From Candidatus Lokiarchaeum ossiferum (GTDB lineage: Archaea; Asgardarchaeota; Lokiarchaeia; Sigyniarchaeales; Promethearchaeaceae), in the NCBI GenBank assembly GCA_025839675.1, contig CP104013.1, positions 2,977,121 to 3,041,120 on the forward strand: DNA of 64,000 bases, in the 5' to 3' direction. Below are positions 29,521-39,088 of this stretch, one piece after another. A program made the translations under genes and the position numbers. Numbering within the stretch: the first letter of the stretch is position 1; each line of letters starts with the position of its first letter. The notes under the pieces were generated by a model. The model was not told where the DNA came from, searched no databases, and saw only the letters and a list, made by a program, of their open reading frames with translations.

Positions 29521-29928
29521 ATGTCAGATACAGTGCCAATACTTGCAATAATTTTTTCATTTCTATCTACTTTAATACTTTTCCTTTCAAACTACCTTAG
29601 GGAAACTAAGTTTAAGCAAACTTCTAAAATATATCAAATGAAACTTGACTTTTATTTAGAATTAATGGAAGAAATTACTTCAATAATATATCTCGGTTGT
29701 AATATAAAACAAAATATAAATAAATTATACCAAAAAGCTTTGATTTTATCTTCTGATCAGGTAATCAGGGAATATAATTCATTACTTTCAAGATTGGATG
29801 AAACAAAATGGGAAATGAAAGAAAATAGTGATATAAAATTAGCACAAAAACTTTTAATTGAATATAGAAAAGATTTAGGATTAAAAACAGCTTTATCCTC
29901 CTATGAAATAAAAAAACCATTCAATTAA
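29521..29928 (+). CDS. Hypothetical small membrane protein
   Basis: The N-terminal TM helix is ILAIIFSFLSTLILFL and the rest is helical and lysine-rich. Confidence 0.3.
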   Translation: MSDTVPILAIIFSFLSTLILFLSNYLRETKFKQTSKIYQMKLDFYLELMEEITSIIYLGCNIKQNINKLYQKALILSSDQVIREYNSLLSRLDETKWEMKENSDIKLAQKLLIEYRKDLGLKTALSSYEIKKPFN

Positions 29929-30021
29929 CCAACCTGGATTCATAGAATTATATAAATATAGTTCTCGTAGTAAATACTCATGATAGAATATAAAAAGTTG
30001 ATAAAATTTATATAAAAAAAT

Positions 30022-30351
30022 TTATCGTAAAACATTACGCATTTGGACTTTTTGCATTTCATTTTTTAAGATACTAATTTCATCTTCTAATTCCTTGATC
30101 TTTCGGTAAAAAAATATGTCTGTTTCTTTAAGGATGTTTCTATTTCTTCGATCAAAAGACAATCCAATATTATATTTAATTAAGTCTATTGTAATATTAT
30201 CCAATTCCTTTATATCATATTGTTCAAGAAGATAATGAACATTGTAATCAATTACATCTTTACTTTCAAAATTTTGATTGCAATTATGACATTTATATAC
30301 TCCACCAAATAAATTGATTTCTTTCTGACATTTTGGACAAACGGTATACAT
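30022..30351 (-). CDS. Zinc-ribbon (CPxC...CHNC) coiled-coil protein
   Basis: MYTVCPKCQKEINLFGGVYKCHNCNQNF provides four Cys ligands. The C-terminus is a coiled coil. Confidence 0.4.
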   Translation of the reverse strand: MYTVCPKCQKEINLFGGVYKCHNCNQNFESKDVIDYNVHYLLEQYDIKELDNITIDLIKYNIGLSFDRRNRNILKETDIFFYRKIKELEDEISILKNEMQKVQMRNVLR

Positions 30352-30810
30352 GATGTATTATAATTGATCTAATTGCTTAAAAATCTTTTAAAAGAAAAAA
30401 AAAAAAAAAGATTATGAATAATTTTGCTCTTCTTTCATGAAAGATATTATTTTTTGTTCAATTTCGTTATAAGATTCGACAGTAAATTCGGAACTATAAA
30501 TTTCGTTTGCGATTAGTTTAATTGTAGTATTGAATGAAAACTTTGATCGAATTTGGCGATAATTACCTGTCCAGAATATATCAGGAAAGAATAATTCGCA
30601 AGGTATTGTCAAATTATTTGATTGTGTCATTAAAATACGACCTCTGACAAATATTTACTTATAAAATTATTGTAAATCATTTTCTTATACTTATAGGATA
30701 ACATAGAATATTTAAATGTTTGGAAATTGACAAAAATCAAGAAAAAAGTTGGAAGAACAACCGAATTCATGAGTAAACATTTAAAATTTGAAGATATCCT
30801 GACAAAAAAA

Positions 30811-31857
30811 TCAGACTTTAGATGCAAGATCATCTAAAAATTGCTGATCCGCGTTAGCAGAAATTCCTTGATCTTTCGGTTTTTGACTAATGCGGGCATC
30901 GCTAACAGATAATTTGCTCGTTCCACTTGTAAAATCATAGATGGACTTATTCACATAATAATTTGTCATGGAAGCTAAAGTACTAACTTGCGAAGCGAAA
31001 GGCGCGTAAAGTAAGCATATCTGTTTTCCAATTTGAATTGGGGGTTTTCCTAAAATCTTAAAGGTGGCTTGAAAGATACTTTGTTCCTTTGCCCCGCCGA
31101 TTTGTTCTGCCAAATCATCTAAATCACTTTGCACGATGATTTCGGGAAAATGATCACTGTAAACTAATGATCCAAAATTGTTGGTCTTATAGATAGATGA
31201 AAGGCGTTGATTAGATGTATCATACCCTCCTGTTAAGTTAACTACACTTACAGATTGTTTCTGGGTTTAGTATCCGAAATCCCACACCGCATCGTTTGTC
31301 GTAGTCATATCTACTATTATGGACACGCCCTGGGTAGTAGTCATATCATCTGCGTGAATAAAAAGGTTAGATTCTATTCTAAAGCCCCAATTTTCATATG
31401 TACACAAAGTTCGATAAATTTCGTTAATTGTTTTCAGTTGGGCAATTGTGAAAATTGCATCTCGTTTTTTTGCATCACGTTCATCTAAGGTCAGGGATCG
31501 ATCGGGGGTGAATTTATAATGTTTCAACTTAGGAATAGGATTAAAATAGGCGATATTTTGGGATCGATAGTAGTCCTCTACTTGATCAAAGAAGGAATGT
31601 AAAATAGAAAGATTATAGCGTTTAGATGATTCCTTAAAATTATTAGGATGGGTATCTAAATAATTAAGATAATTCTCTGCATCAATACGGTTAATTTGTG
31701 TAACATCATAGATATTAATGTATTTTAGGAATCGTGTAATTGCACTTCGATACCCTGATTCAGTCCCTTTCCCTGTTCGCAATTTCTTAGTCAAATAGCT
31801 TTGGACAAGTTCCTGACTTTCAATTGGCATTAGACCTTCTAATTCAGTTAAAATCAT
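30811..31857 (-). pseudogene. Tyrosine recombinase/integrase-like gene interrupted by an in-frame TAA (at 31267-31269); C-terminal half degenerate
   Basis: The N-terminal 196 aa have a SAM-like integrase N-domain (SGYRSAITRFLKYI..., SKRYNLSILHSFFDQV) and a box-I-like GFRIES. ORF 30811-31134 is in the same frame with no other stop in 31135-31266. The C-terminal part resembles an integrase (SMTNYYV, cf. TTxxYTHV), but the HxxR position reads FQATF. Confidence 0.45.
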
Positions 31858-32321
31858 TCAATTAGCCCCCATTTTTTACTTTTAGGCTTAAATTCAATCC
31901 CTTTGCAATTTGAAAGAATATTATTAATCATTTCACTATCTACATCTAATAATTCACGCAATTTTGTTCTCGATTGATCACCAAATATTTCTAAAGTCTT
32001 AAGAACTTGTTTTTCATAGTCCGTGGTAGGGATATTGGACATGTTTTTCTTCATTTCCTGCATCATTTCCCCTAGCATCATACGCATGTTGATTTCCATA
32101 TCATCTATCTTTTGATCCACTTTTTCGATTTCATTTACAAGGGATTCCTGCTTGGTGGTTGTTTGCTGTTCCCCATACACTAATTTGTTCATAGTATTTC
32201 GAACAATTTTAGATAAAGGGATGTTGGATTTAGTCGCATAGTCTTTCCATGCAATTAAATCTTTAGGCGATACACGAATGGTATATTTTTCCTTTTTTTC
32301 TTGATGAACTAATTTCGGCAT
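31854..32321 (-). CDS. Ribbon-helix-helix/CopG-like putative regulator (excisionase-like position)
   Basis: The N-terminal KYTIRVSPKDLIAWKDYATKSNIPLSKIVRNTMNKLV is RHH-like. Its 4-nt overlap with the integrase-like gene start suggests an operon. Confidence 0.4.
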   Translation of the reverse strand: MPKLVHQEKKEKYTIRVSPKDLIAWKDYATKSNIPLSKIVRNTMNKLVYGEQQTTTKQESLVNEIEKVDQKIDDMEINMRMMLGEMMQEMKKNMSNIPTTDYEKQVLKTLEIFGDQSRTKLRELLDVDSEMINNILSNCKGIEFKPKSKKWGLIE

Positions 32322-32685
32322 TGTATCCTCAAACAGTAATTACCTGCAAAAGTATATAAAAGTATGGACAAATCATATCAATTGACCATACGTTTGATCT
32401 TGTTAATAAAATTTTATGAAAAAAAAAAAAATGGATGTTGGTTAATTGGGTTAAATTTGGTTTCAAACGATATTAATCATGAACCGGATATATACAGTAG
32501 GGAGTTATGATGTACCGACGGTATAGGTTGGTTTGATAATAATTATTGCTTCGATTCGACATGACTATGACAACTCATTGTATTATGTAATACATAATAT
32601 TTTTTGTATTACAGTAAATAATAGGAAATTCAAATATATAAAGTAACACATAAATTTTTTCTGTATTACCTTCGTTTATTATATT

Positions 32686-33363
32686 ATGGGAGGAAAGCCC
32701 AATCAAAAAACTCCATCGAAAGTATTTACAATTCGAATCGATGAACTGACTCTCGCCGAATTAGAAATGATCAAGAATATTCAATCGGTGAAATCTACGG
32801 GCAAGTTAATTAAGCAAGCAATAAATACATATATTGCAATGAATCCCTATAATCCTGAAAGACCAAATCCAAAGCTTATTATGAGCTATAATATTTTTAA
32901 GCCTCTTATGGATCTTGCTTCAGATGACGTTTTACGAGAGATGGCCCAAATTTCGTATGACAATGGGGTTTCCGATACAAAAAATATCCAACAAGAGTTA
33001 TTACGATCTGGATTGAAATATGAACATACATTTAAAGACGAAGTGGAACAGGTGATTCATGTTTTAGATTTTGTTCTAAAACCCCAAGGGCAAAATTGGT
33101 TTTACAATGCATCTTACCAGCTAAAAAACGATCAATTTTTTATCAAAGGAGAGCACGCCTTAGGAAAAAATTTTTCTATTTTCATTAAATATCTCCTTCA
33201 AAACTATCTCAAGGAGGCAAATATGGAACTAATTCAGGAAGACTATAGTGAAATTCAAAGAATCCAGAAAAACATTAAAGGAATTCCCACAAATACTATA
33301 ATTAATGGGGTAAGTTTTTTTTTCCAGCAAAAAACGACTCAAAATGCAGAACCTATAGAATAG
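32686..33363 (+). CDS. Hypothetical protein with N-terminal RHH-like segment
   Basis: The RHH-like segment is VFTIRIDELTLAELEMIKNIQSVKSTGKLIKQAINTYIA. A near-perfect 19-bp palindrome lies about 90 nt upstream. Confidence 0.35.
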   Translation: MGGKPNQKTPSKVFTIRIDELTLAELEMIKNIQSVKSTGKLIKQAINTYIAMNPYNPERPNPKLIMSYNIFKPLMDLASDDVLREMAQISYDNGVSDTKNIQQELLRSGLKYEHTFKDEVEQVIHVLDFVLKPQGQNWFYNASYQLKNDQFFIKGEHALGKNFSIFIKYLLQNYLKEANMELIQEDYSEIQRIQKNIKGIPTNTIINGVSFFFQQKTTQNAEPIE

Positions 33364-33513
33364 ACTAGAACTTTTATATTCGTTTTAAAAATTTTTATTT
33401 TTAGCAAAATCTTGAATTCCTATGTGAGCAATGCTCATTTTCAGATCCTTTATGTGGGAAGTATCATTGTACTAAATAACTAACTGGTATAGAAGGGAAG
33501 GGAATTGAAAAAA

Positions 33514-34410
33514 ATGCGAATTATCAGAATTAATCAAGAAATTTGTACCAGATGTGGTCAATGTTTATCTCAATGCTCTTCACGTCTACTATCATTTTCA
33601 GAAAAGGAAGAAGGATCTAAAAATTCGACGAAACTGATCTTTAAGGATCCTACCAATTCATGCAGTTTATGCGGACATTGTCTAGCAGTATGTCCCACAG
33701 AAGCAATCGAATATGATAAAGGAGATCCATGTTTTACTTCTGCAGCAATTCTGGATCCAAAACACTATTCCTATGATAATATTCTTGAAATCTTACGAGC
33801 TCGAAGATCTATCCGACAATATCATGCGAAAGCTGTCTCCCGGGAAGATATAAAAGCAATTTTGGAAGCAATGCGATATGCACCGAGTGCCAGCAACGAG
33901 CAAAACTGGGAATATCTCATACTAACGGATTCGAAGCAAATCCAAGAATTTTCCCAGAAAGTTCTGAACATGATCCGACTCACCTATAAATTAGTTTCTA
34001 ATTCTTTGATCAATACATTGTTTCTCTGGGGACCGACTAGAAAGCTGGCTCGTGATCCTAGCTTCCTCTTTTCCATGAAAAATCTTTTGAACCGAGCAGA
34101 TCGAGGAGAAGATCCCATATTCTTCAAAGCTCCATGCATAATTTTATTACACTCTCCCATTTATGGAAACTTAGCAGGGAATGATGCAGGAATTGCTTTA
34201 ACTCATGGAATGCTGGCAGCCCGATCCCTCGGACTTGGAACATGTTGGATCGGAATTGCTCAGGAAACCATGCAAAGGATTGGAAAATTTAATCGCTGGT
34301 TAGGAATCCCTAAAGGAAGAACAGTTTGGGGAATGTTTACTTTAGGTCATCCAAAAGAATCATTTCAACGGGCACCTCCTCGTGAACCTCTTAGAATAGT
34401 ATGGAAATAA
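33514..34410 (+). CDS. Nitroreductase-family protein with N-terminal 2x[4Fe-4S] ferredoxin domain
   Basis: CTRCGQCLSQC and CSLCGHCLAVCP are ferredoxin motifs. RRSIRQYHAKAVSREDIKAILEAMRYAPSASNEQNWEYLIL is a nitroreductase signature. The ORF-track start is TTG at 33505, and I used the ATG at 33514. Confidence 0.65.
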   Translation: MRIIRINQEICTRCGQCLSQCSSRLLSFSEKEEGSKNSTKLIFKDPTNSCSLCGHCLAVCPTEAIEYDKGDPCFTSAAILDPKHYSYDNILEILRARRSIRQYHAKAVSREDIKAILEAMRYAPSASNEQNWEYLILTDSKQIQEFSQKVLNMIRLTYKLVSNSLINTLFLWGPTRKLARDPSFLFSMKNLLNRADRGEDPIFFKAPCIILLHSPIYGNLAGNDAGIALTHGMLAARSLGLGTCWIGIAQETMQRIGKFNRWLGIPKGRTVWGMFTLGHPKESFQRAPPREPLRIVWK

Positions 34411-34505
34411 GAGAATCAAAAAAAAATGCTAACCATAGGTCTCTATAACACCTATATCTTTTTTTAATCAAATACAGTTATATAGAATAATTGCAGGAAT
34501 CACTC

Positions 34506-35549
34506 ATGTCTACAAAAACACACCACTCCCAAAAGAAAGCTTTGATCACTGGAGCAAACGGATTTGTCGGGAGTCATCTTACCAAATTCTTGGCCGATCA
34601 AGGGATCGATACCTATGCTTATATCCTGAAAGGAACAAATTGCGATTTACTGAAAATTTTACACCCTACCTTAACCAATGTGACAATTATTGAAGGAAAT
34701 GTGCTAGATCAAGCTTCCCTTGAACAGCACTTCCAGGGAATGGATTATATTTTCCATCTAGCAGGGGTGATTACGGGATATTCACAAAAAGATTTTGATC
34801 GCATTAACCTTCAAGGCACACGAAATGTCATTAAAGCATGTATGCAGGTAATTCCTGATCTAGAACGCCTTGTCATCATCTCATCACTCGCCGCTGCAGG
34901 TCCTGGAACAGCCGAAGATCCCCAATGTGAGGATAAACCCGCTACACCCATATTGGATGATTATTATGGAGTATCAAAATTCAAAGTTGAATGTGTTGCT
35001 AATGCATGTATGGAAGATCTTCCAATTTCGATAGTTCGTCCTTGCACAGTTTTAGGACCAGGAGACCGAGTTTCCTTGGATCTCTTCAAATCAGTAAAAT
35101 CCTATGTAAAAGCTTATGTTGGAGGAGCTCGTAGAAAATATAGTACGGTGGATGTGGGAGATCTAACAAGAGGGATCTATGCATGTGCCACTAATCCAAA
35201 AGCCATTGGAGAAATCTTTTTCTTCTCTAGTAATGGAACAATTACTTGGGACGAATTACATGAAGTCATTAACGCAAAAGTTTTTCATCGAAAATATGGG
35301 AGTCTTATCAATATCGCCTTTCCAAAATGGATGTTTAAGATATTAACGGTGGTAATGGAAGCAGTATATAAAATTGCCAAGCAACCCGCGCCCTTCCTAA
35401 ATCAATCGAAAATGCTTGCCGCATCGGCCCCAGGCCAATGTGTCAGCAATGAAAAAGCCAAACGTCTACTCGGATGGTACCCCCAAGAAACAATTATTTC
35501 AACCGTGGTTCGTGAAGGTCTATGGTTTCAAGAACAAGGATGGATTTAA
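34506..35549 (+). CDS. NAD-dependent epimerase/dehydratase (extended SDR)
   Basis: The Rossmann motif is ALITGANGFVGSHL and an SDR YxxxK catalytic region is present. The ATG at 34506 follows a TTG ORF start at 34491. Confidence 0.8.
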   Translation: MSTKTHHSQKKALITGANGFVGSHLTKFLADQGIDTYAYILKGTNCDLLKILHPTLTNVTIIEGNVLDQASLEQHFQGMDYIFHLAGVITGYSQKDFDRINLQGTRNVIKACMQVIPDLERLVIISSLAAAGPGTAEDPQCEDKPATPILDDYYGVSKFKVECVANACMEDLPISIVRPCTVLGPGDRVSLDLFKSVKSYVKAYVGGARRKYSTVDVGDLTRGIYACATNPKAIGEIFFFSSNGTITWDELHEVINAKVFHRKYGSLINIAFPKWMFKILTVVMEAVYKIAKQPAPFLNQSKMLAASAPGQCVSNEKAKRLLGWYPQETIISTVVREGLWFQEQGWI

Positions 35550-36269
35550 ATGACAATACAATTACCAGAAACGGACAATTCGCATGTCCCAGCCCGAGAA
35601 TTACTTTTATTGGCAATACCCGTCTGTCTTATCTTTGCGGTTTCGGGAATGGATTTTGTGGGTTATTTTATCAATAAATTAGCTGCAGCCGATCCTTACT
35701 CGCGGAGTTTATTAAATGTTTTACTCGGATTTCTCTTTACTACCTTGGCACTAGTAGTTCTCCCAATAATCGTGATTAAAAAACGATGGCAAAAACCTCT
35801 TTCCTACTTTGGAACCAAGCCGGGTAATAAAAAGTGGGGCATCATTATTTGCCTAGCTTTTATCTTGGCAACCCCCATCTTTTATTTCAGCTCAAATGAT
35901 GCTAATTTAATTAACACCTATCCATTAACCAAGGACGCCTTATCTTCATGGGGATTTTTTGTCTTCTATGAACTTCTCTATGTAGTATTCTACTATATTC
36001 CTTATGAATTCTTCTTCCGAGGAGTCTTACAGTTGGGATTAAGTAAAACATGGAAAAAATGGCAAAGCATTCTTTTTGTCACTATCCTTACAACTTTCCT
36101 ACATCTGACTAAACCCTTTACTGAGATCATAGCTGCCGCTTTCGCAGGGATTTTATTTGGGATCATTGCGGAAAAAACCGATTCTTGGTATTATGTCTTC
36201 CTATTACATATAACAGTTGGGATTCTTACCGATACATTTTGCGGGATGCGCTTTTTAGGAGTGATTTAA
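35550..36269 (+). CDS. CPBP-family (CAAX/Abi-like) intramembrane metalloprotease
   Basis: There are multiple TM helices. Motif 1 is YEFFFRG, motif 2 is FLHLTK (FxxxH) and motif 3 is HITVGILTD. ATGA start/stop overlaps on both sides place it in an operon between two epimerase genes. Confidence 0.6.
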   Translation: MTIQLPETDNSHVPARELLLLAIPVCLIFAVSGMDFVGYFINKLAAADPYSRSLLNVLLGFLFTTLALVVLPIIVIKKRWQKPLSYFGTKPGNKKWGIIICLAFILATPIFYFSSNDANLINTYPLTKDALSSWGFFVFYELLYVVFYYIPYEFFFRGVLQLGLSKTWKKWQSILFVTILTTFLHLTKPFTEIIAAAFAGILFGIIAEKTDSWYYVFLLHITVGILTDTFCGMRFLGVI

Positions 36270-36272
36270 AAG

Positions 36273-37334
36273 ATGGTCATTCCAGATGACGTATCAATCC
36301 GGCCAAAAGTGCTCATTACAGGTGCCAATGGTTTTGTGGGCAGTAATTTAACCAAGTATTTAAGTCAAGATACCAATCTGGATGTTTATGCAATGGTCCG
36401 ACCCAATGCACCGGTCAATTTTTTATACGATTTTCAAAAACATCCACAAACGGGTGAAAATCTATTCGAAATCGTGGAAGCCAATCTTTTAGATGAGAGA
36501 TCCATTGAAAATGCGGTGAAAGGCATGAATATGATTGTACACTTAGCGGGTTTTGTCAGTGATTGGGGAGATCGGTCCCGTTTTTGGGAATTTAATGTCA
36601 AAGGAACCAAACGGATCTTACGAGCCGCTTCTAAAGCGAAGGTTTCCCGTATTATTTATCTAAGTTCTCTAACAGTTCACGCGATGAACGGGCATACTTA
36701 CGCGGATGAAACAACCCCACGGGATGTGAAAAATTTTGCGTATGGAGAGTCAAAAAGAGAAGGGGAGGATCTCGTCACAGAATGGGCAACTACAGCACCT
36801 TCCAATGAAAAACGAAAAGTTGCCATAGTACGTCCTGGTTGGATTATTTATGGCCCTTACGATACAAATTCTTATATTACAGCTTTGGATGGCATTGTTA
36901 CTGGTAAATTTGGTTTCGTGGATAAGGGGAAACATTTGGTTTCTCATGTGTATGTTGAAAATCTCTGTTATGGCATTGGGCTATTACTTCATGCTTCTCA
37001 TATCCACGGTGCTTACAATATTTTAGATGGTAATATGACATGGAAGAAATGGGTTCACCAATGGGCAAAGGTAGCAGATACGAAAATTCCACGATTAAGT
37101 GTTCCATATTGGTGTATGGTGCCTGTTGCTGCGATTCTCGTGGGAATTTATAAACTCTTCCGAATTAAAACCTCACCTATCCTCAATTTTTACCGCATCC
37201 GTATTATGCATCGGGATTTAGCGTTCGTGAATACCCGTATCTCTACAGAAGTGGGGTATGAAATGCCTGTGCCTTTTAAAGAAGGAATCGAAAGGACCTT
37301 GGCGTTTTATGAAACAGTATATGGAAAAATATAA
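36273..37334 (+). CDS. NAD-dependent epimerase/dehydratase (second paralog)
   Basis: The Rossmann motif is VLITGANGFVGSNL. It is distantly similar to the epimerase upstream. Confidence 0.8.
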   Translation: MVIPDDVSIRPKVLITGANGFVGSNLTKYLSQDTNLDVYAMVRPNAPVNFLYDFQKHPQTGENLFEIVEANLLDERSIENAVKGMNMIVHLAGFVSDWGDRSRFWEFNVKGTKRILRAASKAKVSRIIYLSSLTVHAMNGHTYADETTPRDVKNFAYGESKREGEDLVTEWATTAPSNEKRKVAIVRPGWIIYGPYDTNSYITALDGIVTGKFGFVDKGKHLVSHVYVENLCYGIGLLLHASHIHGAYNILDGNMTWKKWVHQWAKVADTKIPRLSVPYWCMVPVAAILVGIYKLFRIKTSPILNFYRIRIMHRDLAFVNTRISTEVGYEMPVPFKEGIERTLAFYETVYGKI

Positions 37335-37349
37335 AAAAAATAGGAAAAT

Positions 37350-38153
37350 TTACTCTTTGATTTTTTCACTTAATTCAGCCTTCTTCTTTTTATCCCTGAT
37401 ATATACGAGTACGTTAGCAAGTATTAACATGAGAACTAAAACTCCGAAAATAATGTAAAAAATCATATTGAACATTCCAGATTTTTGATCTAATTGATCG
37501 AGAGTCATTTTTTTAATATCATCACTAGTCATATCTACAAATATGATACTCCCCAAATAAGAAAAAAATAAAGCCCGAGGAACCGATCCGACAGCAGTTG
37601 CAATGTAATATTGTTTGGCTTTAATGTTGGATAACCCTGCAGCATAAGAAATAGGATCAAACATGATCACGGGAACTGCACGACCAACAATAATGGCCCA
37701 AATTCCCCATTTTTCGATCCATTCATCCATAATTCCAATTATTTTGTCGGCAATACTGAGTTTGTCTCCTGTTGCTTCTAAAATTGATCGACCACCTTTA
37801 TTTGCTACATAATATGTGATTGCAGCACTGAGCATAGATCCAATCACCCCTAAAACTGTTCCTTTCCAAAATCCAAAAATGATTGAACCGGAAAGAAGAA
37901 TCAATTCGGAAGGAATGGGTGCTATTAAACTTTGGATCACCATTAGGGCTAAAAATATAAAATAAGCCCAAAATCTCAAATCTATTAAGGGAATAATGAA
38001 ATATTTCAAAATGGTTTCAAATAGAAAGGTCTCTTCTACAATAGTAAGAATAAATACTCCTACAGAAATTATTGCAATGAGGATAAAGATGATGGCCATG
38101 AACGCTTTTTTTTTGGTCCATTCAAATTTGTGTTTATCTTGATTTTCTATCAT
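37350..38153 (-). CDS. DedA/TVP38-family membrane protein (paralog 2)
   Basis: It has the DedA-type core (GKGG...WG..AIIVGRAVP..MFD.ISYAAGLS) and multiple TM helices. It is about 75% identical to the neighbouring paralog. Confidence 0.7.
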   Translation of the reverse strand: MIENQDKHKFEWTKKKAFMAIIFILIAIISVGVFILTIVEETFLFETILKYFIIPLIDLRFWAYFIFLALMVIQSLIAPIPSELILLSGSIIFGFWKGTVLGVIGSMLSAAITYYVANKGGRSILEATGDKLSIADKIIGIMDEWIEKWGIWAIIVGRAVPVIMFDPISYAAGLSNIKAKQYYIATAVGSVPRALFFSYLGSIIFVDMTSDDIKKMTLDQLDQKSGMFNMIFYIIFGVLVLMLILANVLVYIRDKKKKAELSEKIKE

Positions 38154-38971
38154 TATTCTTCAATTTTTTCTTGAATTTCTTGATGCGATTCACGATTATT
38201 CTTCTTTTCTCTTATATAGACAAGTAAATTGGCAAGTGCTAGCATCAAAACGAGTACACCGAAGATAATATAGAAGATTGTATTAAATTGCCCAGATACT
38301 TCTTCCAACCTTCCTGGAGGCAAATTCCGAATATAATCTGGATCTCGATTATCACCGAAGACTTGATTTCCCAAGAAAGCAAAGAAAAAGGCGCGAGGAA
38401 TGGAACCAATAAGAGTTGCAATATAATATTGTTTGGCTTTGATATTTGACAATCCCGCTGCATAGGATACTGGATCAAACATAATTAAGGGGACTGCGCG
38501 ACCAACAATGATAGCCCAAATACCCCAGCTTTCGATCCATTCATCCATAAGTCCAATCATTTTATCAGCAATACTCAACTTATCCCCAGTAGCTTCTAAG
38601 ATAGCACGTCCACCTTTGTTTGACACATAATAGGTAATTGCAGCACTGAACATAGATCCAATTACGCCTAGTACAGTTCCCCACCAAAAACCAAAAATTA
38701 AGGATCCGGAAAGAAGAATTAATTCAGAAGGTATCGGAGCAATTAAGCTTTGGATCACCATAAGAAATAGAAAAACAAAAACAGCCCAAAAACCGATTTC
38801 CAGTAAAGGTACTATAAAATAATCCCTTATTATAGTAAATAGGAAGGTTTCATCCATAATGGTAAGAATAAAAACCCCTACAGAAATAATAACGATAATT
38901 ATAAAAATAATGGCCATAATAACTTTTTTTTTTGTCCATTCAAACTTGCGTTTTTTGTGATTTTCTGACAT
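38153..38971 (-). CDS. DedA/TVP38-family membrane protein (paralog 1)
   Basis: The motifs match those of paralog 2. Its stop overlaps the downstream gene's start by 1 nt. Confidence 0.7.
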   Translation of the reverse strand: MSENHKKRKFEWTKKKVIMAIIFIIIVIISVGVFILTIMDETFLFTIIRDYFIVPLLEIGFWAVFVFLFLMVIQSLIAPIPSELILLSGSLIFGFWWGTVLGVIGSMFSAAITYYVSNKGGRAILEATGDKLSIADKMIGLMDEWIESWGIWAIIVGRAVPLIMFDPVSYAAGLSNIKAKQYYIATLIGSIPRAFFFAFLGNQVFGDNRDPDYIRNLPPGRLEEVSGQFNTIFYIIFGVLVLMLALANLLVYIREKKNNRESHQEIQEKIEE

Positions 38972-39088
38972 TGACGTAGGGGAAATAATATAGGTTTTTT
39001 AAATATTTTTTTGAATCAAATAATGTCGGATTGGAAAGGGGAAAAAAAAAAGAAAAATACCACTCATAAGCATATTGTCATTGGACCA

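Larger units (their letters stand above)
27650..33400. mobile_element. Putative integrated mobile element / degraded provirus (boundaries approximate)
   Basis: This is a block of small, lysine-rich hypothetical genes on both strands. It includes a tyrosine-recombinase-like gene with an in-frame stop, an RHH gene overlapping its start, a zinc-ribbon gene and an R-x4-H motif gene. The flanks are uL2 and a nitroreductase-like gene. Confidence 0.4.
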
